Shown here in pieces: positions 28,386 to 42,599 of a stretch of DNA of 64,000 nt; positions within the stretch are counted from its first letter, which is position 1; the number at the start of each line of letters is the position of its first letter. The position numbers and the translations under genes are program-made. The notes below the pieces were generated by a model. That model was given only the letters and a program-made list of their open reading frames with translations. It was not told the origin of the DNA and searched no databases. Origin of the DNA: Eledone cirrhosa (lineage: Eukaryota); contig OZ024743.1 of the NCBI GenBank assembly GCA_964016885.1, forward strand, positions 256,494,001-256,558,000, in the 5' to 3' direction.

Positions 28386-29915
28386 CAGTGGCGAAGGTTA
28401 ACTTGGAAAACAAGATATGCCGTCCACTCGCCATGGCAGAGAGTTGGACTGTGGAGCCTTACCCCCTCCTCTTCGCTAATTATTCGTCGTTCTCGCCTCC
28501 ATTTTTAAATGTCATATGAGCTAATTCTAATCTGACAATATGCACGTCTAACAACAGACCACGTTTCAGGCTTGATACCCCGCTCCACTAGACTTGATGT
28601 TTCCTGGCGACGAGTCTGTCACGTTATTGCTTACGTGAGAAATATGAGTAAATAATTGTTTCTACTTTTGGCACAAGGCCAGCAATTACCCAGTACATTA
28701 CTGGTACTTTATTTAATCGACCCCGTAAGGATGAAAGGCAAAGTTAACCTAGGCAGGATTTGAACTCAGATCGTAACGGGACGTAACTCTTTGCGTCAAA
28801 GCATGGCGTCCGACCCTCTACTGATTCTGCCAATCCACCGGTAAATAATAAAACCTTCAAATAATGCGATGTTTAAAATTAATTTGTAAATCAATTCAAT
28901 TTTTCGTTTCTTTTTGAAAAATTCAACGATCGCTTCCCCATAAAATGTATCAGCACTACCCTTTACTTCACCTTATTCAATGCGTCTTTATTCGTGAAAA
29001 GGTAGACCAACTGATGAATCACTCTTCATTTGAGAACACCTCATTTAATTATTTACTCTATGAATAAAACGAACTCTAACATGAAGCAGATATGGTAGGT
29101 ATGGTCAGAATCAGGCGTAATCATTTTGTTACTTCTGTCAGAGCTTGATTTAGTTCTACTACCCGTATTATGTCTGCGACTTCCCGGATTTTTGACGTTT
29201 GATTTGCTAAATCTGCAGCATAAACCGATTTCAGCTCGTAATACACTCCATCCAAATCCAAAATGTTTATATAGACACCCAAGGATGAAAATGCTTCCAT
29301 CGGAAATTTTCTTTCGTGAAAAAGCTTCAAATTTAACAATTCCCCAATTGCGAACTCTCCCATTGTTTTAAATCTTTGCTTAACGTAGACAATAACTTCA
29401 TCCAAAATGTTATTAAACAAAGTTCTTAAAACAACTTCTAGTTCTTGATATTGACCACGCTTCTCCTGTGATTCAGCAACAACGTCCAGAACCCGGCAGT
29501 GAAATTCGTCAAAATTGTTTCTGGAAGTTTTCGACCTCATGAATTCCCCTCGAAATGTCAAGCGAACTCTTTTGGAGAATCGAAAACAGGATGTCTTAGT
29601 CACTCAATATGGTTTCAAAATCTACTTATGAAAAATGTAAACTGAAAATCTTCTAGAATTGCAACGAATCCACTTGCCTGTGTTAATTCTGAAGCATTCC
29701 AATCCACTGAATGTTCTAATATCGTTGAAAATAGCTAAGAAAACATGGTAATTTTAAATAAATAGGTGTGTGTTTACTTTGTTACGTAATTTAAAAAATA
29801 ATTTGATATATTTAAAATTAAATTTTAAAGCATTGGAATGAATAAATGGATGAAAACTTTACCTTTTTAATCACGAAAATGTCGATCGTTACTTCTTTAC
29901 ACTTGACGCGTGAAC
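28386..29915 (-). pseudogene. hAT (Tip100/ZMYM1-like) transposase relic, left inverted copy with C-terminus and end
   Basis: ORF 29121-29603 paralogous to 30860-31285. Downstream LILTIPT..FYGEAIVEFFKKKRKIELIYK resembles the hATC dimerisation end. Terminus CAGTGGCG at 28386. Confidence 0.75.
28654..28840 (-). mobile_element. SINE
   Basis: Major SINE consensus; flanking repeat GTAAATAAT. Confidence 0.9.
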
Positions 29916-29945
29916 TCTGACCACTTCTCAGAATTCCTTCTTGAC

Positions 29946-31383
29946 CAGTTCCTGCATCAAGTATAAAGGAGAAGCCGTCGACATTTTCGGAATTAAAAAG
30001 GTAAAGTTTCCATCCATTTATTCATTCCAATACTTTAACATTTATTCTAAATGTATCAAATTATTTTTTTTAAAGTTACGTAAAAAAGTAAACTCTGAAT
30101 TTGGTAATTGCTCTGAAAACCTTTGGCCGGCAACGAATTGATACAGAGATCGATCGCTGGAAAGTAGCTTCGATTCAGTTGAGAAACATCGTGATATAAT
30201 GAAACAGTTATCATTTTGAGGACACGATAAAACAGAAGAATCAGTCAATAAGGGTAATTTTCTGGCAATATGTGAAGCAGTAACGGAATACGATGATTGT
30301 TTACAATCGCATTTAGATTTCGTGAAGAAAAATGCTAACTACACATTTTCTGGACTTTCAAGTGATATTCAAAATGAGATCATTAATTGTATAGCTGCTA
30401 CAACTAAATGTGAAATTAAGGCAATGATCGAAAATACATCATTAGTTGCTGCTATGTTTGATGAGACTATGGACCTCCGAATGAAATCTCAATTGTCATG
30501 CCTTTTGCGATTTGTTGATGAGAAGGAAAAGTCTCAAGAAAGGTTTTGGGGATACGTCATGTCAATAGGGATAGGAAATCTGCATCGCTGGCGGAAGAAG
30601 TTCGAAAATGTGTTAATGAATTTAATTGTCGTAAAGGAAATTCATCAAACTTATGGTGCGGGCGTGATGGCTGCGCATTTGAACAGAGCACAAGCAAGAA
30701 TAAAGGACATAGTTTGTGCTAACGTCATGTTTGTACATTTATGCGCATTCACTTACTTTGGTACTCTCTCAATCAGCTTCATGAAAGTCGAATTTTCTTC
30801 CAAACTTTATAAAGAATTTCAACTTTTTTCTCAAAGTCAACGGCGATTTCCAAAAATACATGAGACACGTTAGAATTATTTATCTCGAGAGATATCTATT
30901 TTATCCGATACATTTTCATGTTTTCTTAGCTATTTCCAACGATATTAGAAAATCCAGAGGATTGGATTGCTTCCGAATTAGCACAGGCAGGCGATTCGTT
31001 GAAATCGTAGAAGATTTTCAGTTTAAATTGTTATTAGTAGTCTTAGAAACCATATTGATTGGCTCAGAAATTCTGTTTTCGATTCTTCATAAAAGTTCGC
31101 ATGATATTTGGAGGTGCATTCATGAGGCTGAAAACTTCCAGAAACAATTGGTTGATATCAGAAACGACAAGTTTGAAGAATTTTACTGCTGGGTTCTGGA
31201 TAGTGTTGCTGAACCATCCGAGAAGCGTGGTCGATATCAAGAACCAGCAGCTGTTTTAAAAACGGGAGGAGAAGACGACGAATAATTTTGCGAATGGGGG
31301 ATGGGTGGCGTAAGGCTCCACAGCCCCACTCTCAACCATGGTGATAGGACTGCATGACCTGCTTTCCAAGTTACCTTTCACTA

Positions 31384-31386
<3 letters not shown>
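29946..31386 (+). pseudogene. hAT (DUF4371-type) transposase relic, right copy
   Basis: F*GHD..SVNKGNF, SSDIQNEII, FDETMD, SQLSCLLRFVD, QERF, QTYGAGVM; multiple frameshifts. End 31255-31386 mirrors 28386-28510. Confidence 0.85.
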
Positions 31387-31448
<62 letters not shown>

Positions 31449-31453
<5 letters not shown>

Positions 31454-31638
31454 AACCAGTAAGACCCCGACAGCTGAGCTCAAGCCGTTTCGACGGCTAA
31501 TTCTGGAATTAGCCGTCGAAACGGCTTGAGCTCAGCTGTCGGGGTCTTACTGGTTCCTATTACCCACTCTACTACCTCAAGTATTGAGTACTTTGGTGCG
31601 TTATGGTCCACCTGGTTCCTTACCACATTTCCTTCGTT
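31449..31638. mobile_element. Perfect 112-bp hairpin plus tail derived from family C pLTR
   Basis: 31449-31503 is the exact reverse complement of 31506-31560. Tail matches the reverse complement of 16772-16850. (TA)n on both sides. Confidence 0.92.
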
Positions 31639-31660
31639 ATATATATATATATATATATAT

Positions 31661-31770
<110 letters not shown>

Positions 31771-32304
31771 TAGCAGTAAACAGCCAAGGGGCGATATTTA
31801 ATACTGACATGATTTATGGTGATCTGTCTATTACTTGCTCTTAAAGTAAATGGATGTTAAATGAAGGTATAGACGCAAATAGATAGTTAATATAGGTAAT
31901 ATAATAGGTAATATATACATATGTCAGTGTTTATACACATGGAAGTGTGTGTGCATGTGTAATAAATATGATATTCTTATTGTTTTTGTTTCAAACTAGG
32001 AAACATTAAGTAAGCATAGTAACCATCATCCATAATAAATATTGTTCAATAACTAACTCTACTAACACCGTCACAATAAATATGGCAACATTTCAAGTAA
32101 GTATTTTGTTTAAATATTTCTGTTCTGCAAAATTTTATTGTGTAAATTTAATTTCCAAAGACTTTCCTCACAACATTGACATTTTACCTTTTGTGGAGGA
32201 GATTTCAAAAACATACCCTTCTTGTCTGTGAAATCAGAGAGAATGTTGTGTTCTCTTTGTATTCATATTTAGATATATAACGTTTTAGCAATATTATATA
32301 TGAA

Positions 32305-32510
32305 GGGTGGTTGATTGGTACAAGTGGTAGAACATAAGATAAAATATTTGTTTTGGATTTTTACATTCTGAGTTTATATTCCACCCAGATCAACTTGGCC
32401 TTTCCTCCATTTGCGGTTGATAAAATAAATTACTAGTTAAGTACTGGAGTTGCTATAACTGAATTTCTCGTCCCCTCTAACTGATAGCCTTTTACCTAAA
32501 TTAGAAATTA
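32305..32510 (+). mobile_element. Old SINE copy
   Basis: Degenerate match to the major SINE (CTGAGTTTATATTCC..GATAAAATAAATTACTAGT). Confidence 0.6.
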
Positions 32511-33360
32511 ATATAGATGTAATTTAGCCCTTTTGATAAAAACTCACATGAAAAAGCACATTTTAAAATGTTCATATTTACTCCTTTTGTTGTCATATTT
32601 CTAATGGAATACATTGCTAAAGTGTTTAAATTAAGTTTTAAAATAATAAAGAATCTAGAGAAATTTAGTTAAGTAATTGAATTTTCCATACAGTATATCT
32701 TTATCCAGAAATGGAAAAAGTCTCAGTAAAGAATTACTAAACTTAATCTTAGAAAAATTAATATTCTACTGATTCCAACATACCAAGGATGTAAAACTAT
32801 GCAACACAACAGGGGTTGCAAATAAAGAATAGAAAAAGCAAATCCGTTTACGCCAAGGAAATCCTAAATAATTAAAATGTTTCTATATAAAACTGATAAC
32901 TTTTTGATGTCACATAGATGACACTCAAGTATAAACACTCTGATGTATTCTATTGTGATCATAGGTCTATTGGAATACACTCGATTTTAATTAATTAATG
33001 AAAACATTTAAGAAATGCTTCCTTGTTAAGGGTGTATCTTAATATATATAGTTTTTATATGAAATCATGTTGAAAGATATCAATTCAAACCCTTCGTTAC
33101 CGTATTTCTAATTAAAGACACAGCCAATCATTTTAATATAATTTGCGAATTAATCAAGAGTTTGGAGGAATTTAAAAACTAAAATCCGTTTTCATTATTA
33201 AGGTGGTATTTGGACCATGAATTAACAAAGGTTCTTACCTTTGTTATGGAGAGACGGACTTTACATAAATTTAAACTCTTAAATATATATATATGTATGT
33301 ATACACACACACCACACACACACATATATATATATATGCATACACACTCACATATACATA

Positions 33361-33538
<178 letters not shown>

Positions 33539-33757
33539 GTTACAAGATATGTCAACATGAATGGACCTGTTATTTTTATCTAAAGACATTTTTTCCAATT
33601 CCAACCCGCCCATCCCCTCAATCTATCTTATTTCCAATTCTTTCTTCTGCTGAAACACTGGCGTCCAAAACGTTTAAGACCCTCTTCCTAATATATCCCT
33701 TCCATATACTGTACTGATTGTGTTTTTATTTCTGTTTACCTTTTACATTTTACATAT

Positions 33758-33788
<31 letters not shown>

Positions 33789-33863
33789 CATATATACACA
33801 CACATATATATACATATATACACATATACATACATATATATATACACATATATATACATATAT

Positions 33864-33897
<34 letters not shown>

Positions 33898-33934
33898 ACA
33901 TATATATATATATATATATATATTTAGAGAGAGA

Positions 33935-33976
<42 letters not shown>

Positions 33977-34795
33977 CATAGACGCACACTCACACCACAC
34001 ACATATATATGTATATAAATACACACAGGCATACAGATCTATATATTAATTTCAACAATGTCAGTATTCCGTGTGTCATAATTCCCGATTATCATTGGTT
34101 CATAGGTTTCAAACGACTCCGACCACCTCAACGACTCCAAACTTAAATTAATATGCATAATGCCAATGAGGGAGTGAGAGGCAAATTGACGCTGCGTTGC
34201 ATACACTATGTATATGCGTCAGTGTAGAGACGTGTGTGTGTGATGTGTGTGGAAATATGAGGGGGGAAGGAAAGCAATAACAATTAACATGTGCGCGCGT
34301 GTATGTACGTGCGCGTATATTTATGTGTGTGTGCGTGCGTGCAGCGTTCCACAGAAAGTAAAAACTATCAACATGTGTGATTGTGTGCGTGTGTCTAAGT
34401 ACACGGTTGCGTGTGTAAGTTTGCGTGCATCGCTTCTGATTGCGGTGGTAATAAAACCTCATCATATGCTGGGTCTGGCAAAAAGGTTGGATTCTATGGT
34501 CGGCCAGGCTAGAGTAATATTGAAAAACGATTCTATTTTCGAAGTAGAAGGATCCGCCATTTGGAGTTCAAACCAGGCCACTTCCCCGAGTTGAACTCTG
34601 GGCAACAATGACTGTCTATTACTCAGTGGCTAAGAGCCTGGAAATTACGGAATAAATTTTCGTGTCATATAATTTGTTGTGTTATCCACTTATAGATAAG
34701 CATGTTATCCATATCCATATTAATTTGGCATTTGTATAAATCATTTCAAGTAAAGGGACCTTTTTTACATTGACGGACATCTTTTATATTAATTA

Positions 34796-35145
34796 TCTAT
34801 ATCTACATATAATATAAAAGATTGGAACTTCCAACATCCTTTTAAGAAACGTCGAACAACCACGTCTATGCAATGATACAGGTTTTACAGTCAGGCAGAA
34901 GATGAACCATATCCTAGAGGTCACTATTCTAGGTGGGAGTACCTAGAATTGTTCATATACTATGCACAAACGGTTCAACGAAGAATCTGGTATATCTGGA
35001 AGTTTTTTACTGTTTTTTGTATCACACAGACACCACGGACTCGCCTCAAAATGTAACCAGAAAAACATCCAATACAGTCATTTTCTCTTTTACCTGTCTT
35101 CTCTTATCATCTGTTTACCCGGGCGAAGCTCGGTACGTCAGCTAG
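34796..35145 (+). mobile_element. Non-autonomous Helitron-like element
   Basis: 5' TCTATATCTAC..; 3' hairpin CCGGGC-GAA-GCTCGG followed by CTAG|T. Confidence 0.65.
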
Positions 35146-35179
35146 TATATATATAAACACACACACACACATATAAATG

Positions 35180-35450
35180 GAGTCACTCCGTCGGTTACAA
35201 CAATGAGTGTTCCAGTTGATATCAACGGAACCGCCTCCTTCTAAAATCAACTTGCAAGTAGCTGAACATTCTAGAAACACGCGTACCCTTTACGTTGTTC
35301 TCAAAGGGATTCAGTGTGACGAGTCTGTTCATTCGAATTACAGGTACAACTCACTTTTTTCCAGCTGAGTGGACTGGAACAACGTGAAATAAAGTGTCTT
35401 CTTCAAGGACACAACGCGCCGCCAAGAATCGAACTCACGACCTTACGATT
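35180..35450 (-). mobile_element. Second SINE family
   Basis: CTGAGT..CTGGA.CAAC.TGAAATAAAGTGTCTT..CAAGGA..AATCGAACTC, also present at 55910-56042 and 59695-59820. Confidence 0.75.
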
Positions 35451-35473
35451 TCACATACATAATTACACATAAA

Positions 35474-35569
<96 letters not shown>

Positions 35570-35842
35570 GATATATATATATATATATTTGTGACTAATC
35601 CCGGTATTTAAAAAAAAACCGCGATAATATTGCTTTTTGCTGAACTCCTTATTGTAGAGTTTTTTTCGGAATGTTTTTGACTGTTGTTTCGTGTAAATAA
35701 ACATTCGTCTCATTCTGACGTCACCAGCCCTGTTTTTCCACATGTGCGTTTTATTTTCATAATCACGCATGATGGTAAACTAGCCTGCTTTTAAATTCCC
35801 TTTTTGGCATATTAATCAGTGAGAATCTGGCTATCGTGTTGA

Positions 35843-35925
35843 GCTCTGCTGAGGATCGTATTCCAACCGTGACCATTTCCACTGAAAGTTTACGTGAAAT
35901 AGTCTTTTTCAAGACTATACAGAGC
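35843..35925 (+). ncRNA. Type I hammerhead (family A, copy 2)
   Basis: GCTCTG-CTGAGGA-T-CGTA/TACG-T-GAA-ATAGTCTT/AAGACTAT-A-CAGAGC. Confidence 0.88.
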
Positions 35926-36175
35926 ATTTGTTGTTGTCCCAAATTGAAGGATGAGTATTTTAAACATTATTTTATCATGAGTTAAGGCTCCATTGATTTT
36001 TCTCTGGATTTCACTAAATTCTGTTGGATAAATCTATTTCCTGATTCTTTTTGAATTGAGTTTGAATTATTTTTCCCACATCTTACGTTAACTATTTTCC
36101 CATTTTGACGCTATGGTCACTTATATATTATGGAATACTGTTGGCTTCTTGCTAAAATAATTTCTATTCCTATCA

Positions 36176-36229
<54 letters not shown>

Positions 36230-36489
36230 AACACAGACGCACACTTATACACACACACACGCATATACAACTACACACTCAGACATACACACATATAAAT
36301 ACACACAAATATATATATAAACACACACGCATATATAATTAAAAACACACACACATAAAAATAAACACACACACACACATATATATATAAACACACAAAC
36401 ACTCCTATACGCAGCCACTTTAGTGTGAAACCCAAAATTAAAACATTTTTCTTCCATCCTACAATGATTTTGTCACTCTCTCTCAAAAT

Positions 36490-37258
36490 ATTACTCCTCT
36501 CTCATTAACACTTTATACCTTTCGCATCCTCTTTACATACCGCTATATGCCTCACTCTCTCTCACTAGACCAGCATTCTCCCTGTCTCACTAAACCACCA
36601 AACTCTCTCCCCCTCTCTATATACCACTACATACTTCACTCTCTATCATTCTAACAATCCCCCTCTTTCACTAAACCAACAAAATCTCATCCACCCTCGA
36701 TATCCCACTACACACGTCACGCTCTCACAATGTCCCCTCTTACACTAGATCACCAAATTCTGCTCCTCTCTATATACCATTACATACCACACTCTCTTGT
36801 ACTCTCTTAATTCCCACTTTCTCATTAAACCAACAAACTCATTCGCTCTCTCTTAATCCTACTACATAGCACACTCTCTCTCACAATTTCCCCTCCCTCA
36901 CTACACGTCCAAATCCACCCCTCTCTATATACCACTGCATACTTCACTCTCTCTCACAATCACCCTCCCTCACCAGACCACCAATCAATTTCTCTCTCTC
37001 ACTAGATCACCAAATTCACTCCCTCTCTCTATATCTCACTAACTACATCACTCTCTCTCACAATCCCCCCTCACTCACTAGACGACCAATCAATCCCCTC
37101 TCTATATATACCACTACATATCTCACTCTCTCTCACAATTCCCAATTCCCCTCTGTCATTAGACCACCAATCTATCTCATCCTCTCTCATTAGACCACCA
37201 ACCTATCTCCCCCTCTTTATATTCCACTGCATATCTCACTCTCTCTCACTAAACCAAC
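36490..37258. repeat. Degenerate pyrimidine-rich minisatellite (~70-80 bp unit), resumes at 42817-43115
   Basis: Recurrent CTCACTA(G/A)ACCA(C/A)CAA..CTCTATATACCACTACATA..CACTCTCT on both sides of the LINE. Confidence 0.8.
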
Positions 37259-37455
37259 ATAGACGTGTATTACTTCACTCCGGATTTTTACGGATTATTG
37301 TTAAAAAAAACTGTGAGTTCATTGTTCAATTTATTAGCATTGTTTAGTTTAACCCCTTGCCTGGGCCTTCAGACGTTGAGTCAACTAATTTTCGCCCCTC
37401 TCTGGAGCGAAATTTTCATTTTCATCTCAAAACTGTGTAGACTTGGTAGTCAACA

Positions 37456-39050
37456 ATGGATGCCATTTCAACCTCGCACACTGTCGTGAGTGCCACGTTC
37501 ACTAAGAAAAGTGGTGGAGGGAAGGTAGGAGTACAAAGTTTGCAGCCTTCCCACCTCGCATTATCGAAAAACGTTGAAAATATTGAAACCACGGAACCAA
37601 ACCCGGTAAATAATACCAGCACCAGCAACAAGAACAATGACAATAACACCACAACCAACAACTGCAACAATAACAACACGCAAAACAATTCGTGACTTTT
37701 GGCGAAAACGGTGCTTTTAGCATCAATTCTCCACAGGTATTACGTAGAGAGGCTGTCCTGAAAACTGTGGTTTTCAGGACAATATCGAACGAAACAAGAA
37801 AACCAGATCAATTATCACAAAATGAAAGTGAGCTGGTTCTAAAAGATGCAATGAAGGACATAACCTTCATCCAAAAAGGAAAACTGTTTGGTAGCATTTC
37901 GGTGATAATGAATAACCAGCCAACAGCACAAAAATACTCTGTATCACCCATTGTGTTCCCCCGCTTCACCTTTTTCCCCACATACAGGGGAAAAAGGACA
38001 CAAAGAATAAAAATTATGAGTATCACACCAAATGTAAATATTTGGTGGATACTATGTGGATTCATTGACTTTGATGAAGACGGGATAATTTCAGTAGGAA
38101 AGTCCTCCGGAGGTGTATTTGGTGGGACCAGCGTAGAAGTTCTGGTGCAAATGAGCCCAGAACGAATAGCGAATATCCCACAACGCGTGCCTCTGGACGG
38201 GCTAACTTATATAAACATTTCAGTGGAGGGAAGGCGGCCGTCATGTTACCACTGCTTAAGCAGGGGTCATCCGAGGGCTGCCTGTCCTCAATTAACAAGT
38301 AAAAAAAAAACGCTCTTCTGCCAACCCCGAACACAACACCACCACCACCACCACCACCACCACCACCACCACCACCACCACCATCACCACCACCACCACC
38401 ACCACCACAACAACAACAACAATTACAACACGGAAAAATAACAACACAAGACGCTGTTCCACCTAACCCCTCCCCACCTAAAACAAATACAAAAGCAACC
38501 ACAACAAAACCCCAAAATATACCCCTCCCCAACAACACGGAAAAGGACGCCGTATCAACGTCACCCAGTGACGACGAGGGAGAACCCTTTCAACAGATGA
38601 AAAGGAAAAAAAACCACCGCATTAACAAAAATGCAACAAACACACAACCACCAGCACAAACAGAACAAACATCGCAAACAAAAAAACCCACCCCTCCCGA
38701 AAACAACACATATTACAAAACGCAAACACGCACAAGAACAACAAACAAAAACAAAAATAAACACAACACAACAAAAACTCTATACATACATTAACAAGAA
38801 CTATAAAACTTTGATGAAAGCAATAGACAATAACCCTTCGGTGAAAACCAAAGGGATCACTTTCACCTACGCAGCGAACAAACCGCACCTAATGATGATT
38901 AGGGTCCCAACGGAAACCTATGTAACTCTGAAAAAGAACCATCCAATGCATGTGGGGACCACCTGCACCAAACCACTTAACAGCGTCCTATTGAGATGTT
39001 TCACCAGACACCCACACCCCACCAAACACCCTAATCCCACCACACACTGA
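37456..39050 (+). pseudogene. Tx1-like ORF1 (CCHC zinc knuckle), frameshifted
   Basis: VEGRRPSCYHCLSRGHPRAAC (CX2CX4HX4C). Split over ORFs 37456, 37692 and 38631; (CAC)n at 38337-38408. Confidence 0.75.
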
Positions 39051-39187
39051 TGTCCTCACCCCACCACAAACCACCACCCCACCAAACAACCCTTCCAACA
39101 CCCCATGGAAATTGTGCAGCCTGGTCCCCAGGAGACGAAGAGGTAAGTAATTTCCTTTCCTCTTCCTTTTAACTCTTCAGCACCAAC

Positions 39188-42100
39188 ATGGCCAATATAA
39201 GAGTTGGATGTGTGAATGCACGCGGCCTGGGGATGTCCTGGAAACAGGGCAAACTCTTAAATGACCTCAGGTCGCACAGAGTGGATGTAATGGTTATTTG
39301 CGAGTCCACGATCAGCAGCGAGCGCCAACTGGCCCCCATCTTCGACGACTTTGAGATCTACGCATCTCTCTGTCAGCCGAGGGGTGGGGGTGGGGTTGTT
39401 GTTCTGCTGCGAAAATACCTGGGTCTTGCCACACAGAAGGTACACCTGGACCCGGAGGGTCGACTGGTGGTTTTAGACGTCGGCAGTAGTGAAGGTGGAG
39501 CTTTCAGGCTGGTGGCAGCGTATGCCCCATCTGGGACACCGCGACCGGACTTCTTCCGACACCTGCAGAATTTCCTGGGAATGTGTCGCTCCTTGCTTTT
39601 AGTGGGGGACTGGAATGGTATCCTGGATGCACGTTGGGACTATGTAGGGGCATGTCCCGATAGAAGGGGGTGTAACAGCCTCAAACGATTAATCGGCCGA
39701 TTTGATCTGACCGATAGATATCGACTAGATTTCCGACTGTGCCACTGTGGACGTGGACTAATTTTAACGGAACATCTAGGTCGTACCTAGATAGGTTCAT
39801 AGTTAGAAATAAGGATAAGGACATATTAAACTGTCCACGAATGTTCATGGTTGACTATTCGGATCACAATTTGTTGACCGGAGTGGTCAACCTTGATAGA
39901 ACTCATAGACAGGGACCCGGTTACTGGAAGCTAAACTTGTCTTTACCGACAAACAAAACTTACAGTAAGTGGATTAGCACACTAGTTAAGCAGCGGTTGA
40001 CGGGGGCAATTGTCAACAGCAGGTGGTGGGGCTCTCTCAAGAGAGAAATTAGAATAGAATCGATAGGTTTTAGTCAGGAATTAGCATCAGATAGGAATAG
40101 AACTGAAAGGGAATTAATAGATAGAGTAGAAGAGGCGATTAGGAGTGGCAATGTGGCCGGCGTGCTGGCCTCAAGAACGGCCCTAGACCAGGTCTTTGAT
40201 GCGAAGCATGAGGGCTGCGTTGTCAGGAGTAAAATACTTGCTCTGGGTAACAAGGGAGCCAAAGCTGTTAGCTGGGCCCGAGTGACAGGGGCAAAAAGTG
40301 GAAACAATCCACGATTCGGTCTTTGAAGGACCAGGATGGACGCGTGATCCTTGAACCTGAGCGGATGAGCGCGGCCTTTCAACGGCGCTTTGCACGACTG
40401 TTCGGGAAGGGCGGCGGGCCGGGTGGGATCATGGATTTCGGTCCATACCTCGACGGTCTGACGCGGCTCTCGGACGGGGAGGAGAAGTCCTGCGAGAGGC
40501 CGATTTCAGCCGCTGAAATAGGGGAAGTGTTGAGCCAATGCGGCCAACGCAAATCTCCGGATCTCGATGGTCTACCATACGAACTTTATGTAGCGATGCC
40601 GGGCTTGTTCTCCGGTCTCCTCGAGGCGGTTTACTGCAACTGGCAACAGAACGGGAGAATTCCCAGTTCTGTGACCAAGGGCGTAGTCACGCTGGTGAGG
40701 AAGGACGAGAACAAGGGGGATGACATAGATAACTTCAGGCCCATAACTCTGCTAAACACAGAGTTAAAGATTTTGGCCAAGGTGTTAGCGAAGGGGTTGG
40801 CGCTTGTCGTCGGGAACCTGGTGGGAGAAGCGCAGACATGCGCAATCCCGTCCAGGTCCATACAAGACAACCTCCATCGCATGCGATACATCGTAGAGAG
40901 GGTAAGGAACGAGCCCGGCTTTGGTGGGGCCCTGATCAACTTGGATCAATCTAAAGCGTTCGATAGGGTTAACCATCGGTACCTGGATGCGGTGCTCGCG
41001 GCGGCAGGCTTCGAACCCGTTTTCAGGGGCTGGATTGCTGCAATGCACAGCAGCAACACCTGCTCGAGGGTCAAGGTGAACGGCTACCTCTCGGAGCCGT
41101 TCCAAATCACGCGATCCATCCGACAGGGATTCCCTCTCTCCTCCCTCCTATATGTGCTGGCTCTCGAGCCACTACTGCGGAAGCTGGAGCTGTTGGAACC
41201 GGGATTGCGGAAAGCCGTGTCGGCCTACGCCGATGACGTGACAGTAATGGTGTCGTGCGCCTCGGAAATCGGGCAGATCGGCACCTTACTGGAGGAATAT
41301 GAAAGGTTCACAGGAGCCAAGCTGAACCGGGACAAGTCCGTCGGTTTGCAACTCGGGACGTGGAGGGGCAAAACGATGCCCTCCCACGGCATCGTCGAGC
41401 ACTGGACGGAAGGAACGGTGAAGCTGCTCGGGGTCTGGTTCGGACCGGACCTCCAGGTGGAGAAAAACTGGGACGAGGTAACGGGCAAGGTGTTTGCACT
41501 CGCCCAGAAGTGGGTCGAGTGCAAACTATCCCTGAAAGGTCGAGCGGAGGTGGCGAACGCTTATATAGCGTCCGTCATCTTGACCGTCGTGCCTTGCCCA
41601 GAGAAAACACTCGCCAAAATGGAGCGCGCGCTCTTCCGATTTCTTTGGAAGAAGCGGGCTCCTTTGGTGAGAAGATCCCTCTGCTGTCAACACCCTTCGA
41701 ACGGAGGGATGGGGATGCCGTGGCTGACGATGCGTAGACACGCATTAAGGCTACGGCACCTCCAGGTATTCCTCACCGGTCAGCCGGTGTGGGCCCTGTT
41801 TGTGAGGCGAGCCTTTCCGAGACTCGTCTCACTCACCGAGCTGCAATCCTGGGTCAAGCAAAGACCGAGAAAAGTGGGCGACTGGCACATTGAATGTGCC
41901 CAGGCGCTCACGGCCCTCTGGCAAGCGGATCCGGCAATCAGTTGAGACTCAACCTCAACATTCTATAGAGGGTTGGTGCGCAGTAAGTGCGACGACGCTC
42001 TCGGAGAGGCTCTGGGCATGGAGGAAGACGAGCTGGCCAGTCTGTTCGGTAGGACGTTTGGCCCGGGACCGATGGACAATTTCCAAAAGTCCCTAGCTTG

Positions 42101-42599
42101 GCAATGTTACCGAGGATCTCTACCCGTTCGGGACAAGCTCTACAGACAAGGGCGCCCGGGTAGGGACCCCTCGGAGAAGATCTGTCCGAGATGCGTGCGT
42201 GACGAGGAAACGGTCGCACACGCATTCATACACTGCCCAGGCGTTACTGACCTGTGGGGCTATGTGGAGCGACTACTGTCGCGGGTGGGACCAATCCGGT
42301 TGACCACCGAGAACATTATCACGATCAAACCGCCTCTCCCTTTCAAAAACGAAGGAGAGGCGGTTTTCCTCTGTGTGATAGCCATGGCGAAAGAAGTTGT
42401 ATGGTGGACAAGGTTGAAAGGGCTGAGGTCAGACACCTTTCTCTCCGGCCAACAACTGGTTGTTTTTTTCAAGTACCACTTTAGAAGAAGGATCAGAATG
42501 GAGAGAGAGGTGCTCTACCCCAGCAAGTTTTATGAAAGATGGGTGAAAGTAGCGAGAATGGCCCGAGTGAATGGGCCTTCTCTCTATATCAGCCTGTAG
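39188..42599 (+). pseudogene. Tx1-like ORF2: APE endonuclease, RT, C-terminal CCHC; split into four ORFs
   Basis: NARGL, YAP, GDWN, YLDR, SDH, GPGYWKLN; FRPITLLN, DQSKAFDRVNH, RQGFPLS, YADDV; CPRC..ETVAHAFIHC. Confidence 0.95.

Noticed and set aside
38337-38420. Poly-His protein tail
   Set aside because: (CAC)n read after an A10 homopolymer; probably a frameshifted Pro/Thr-rich ORF1 linker.
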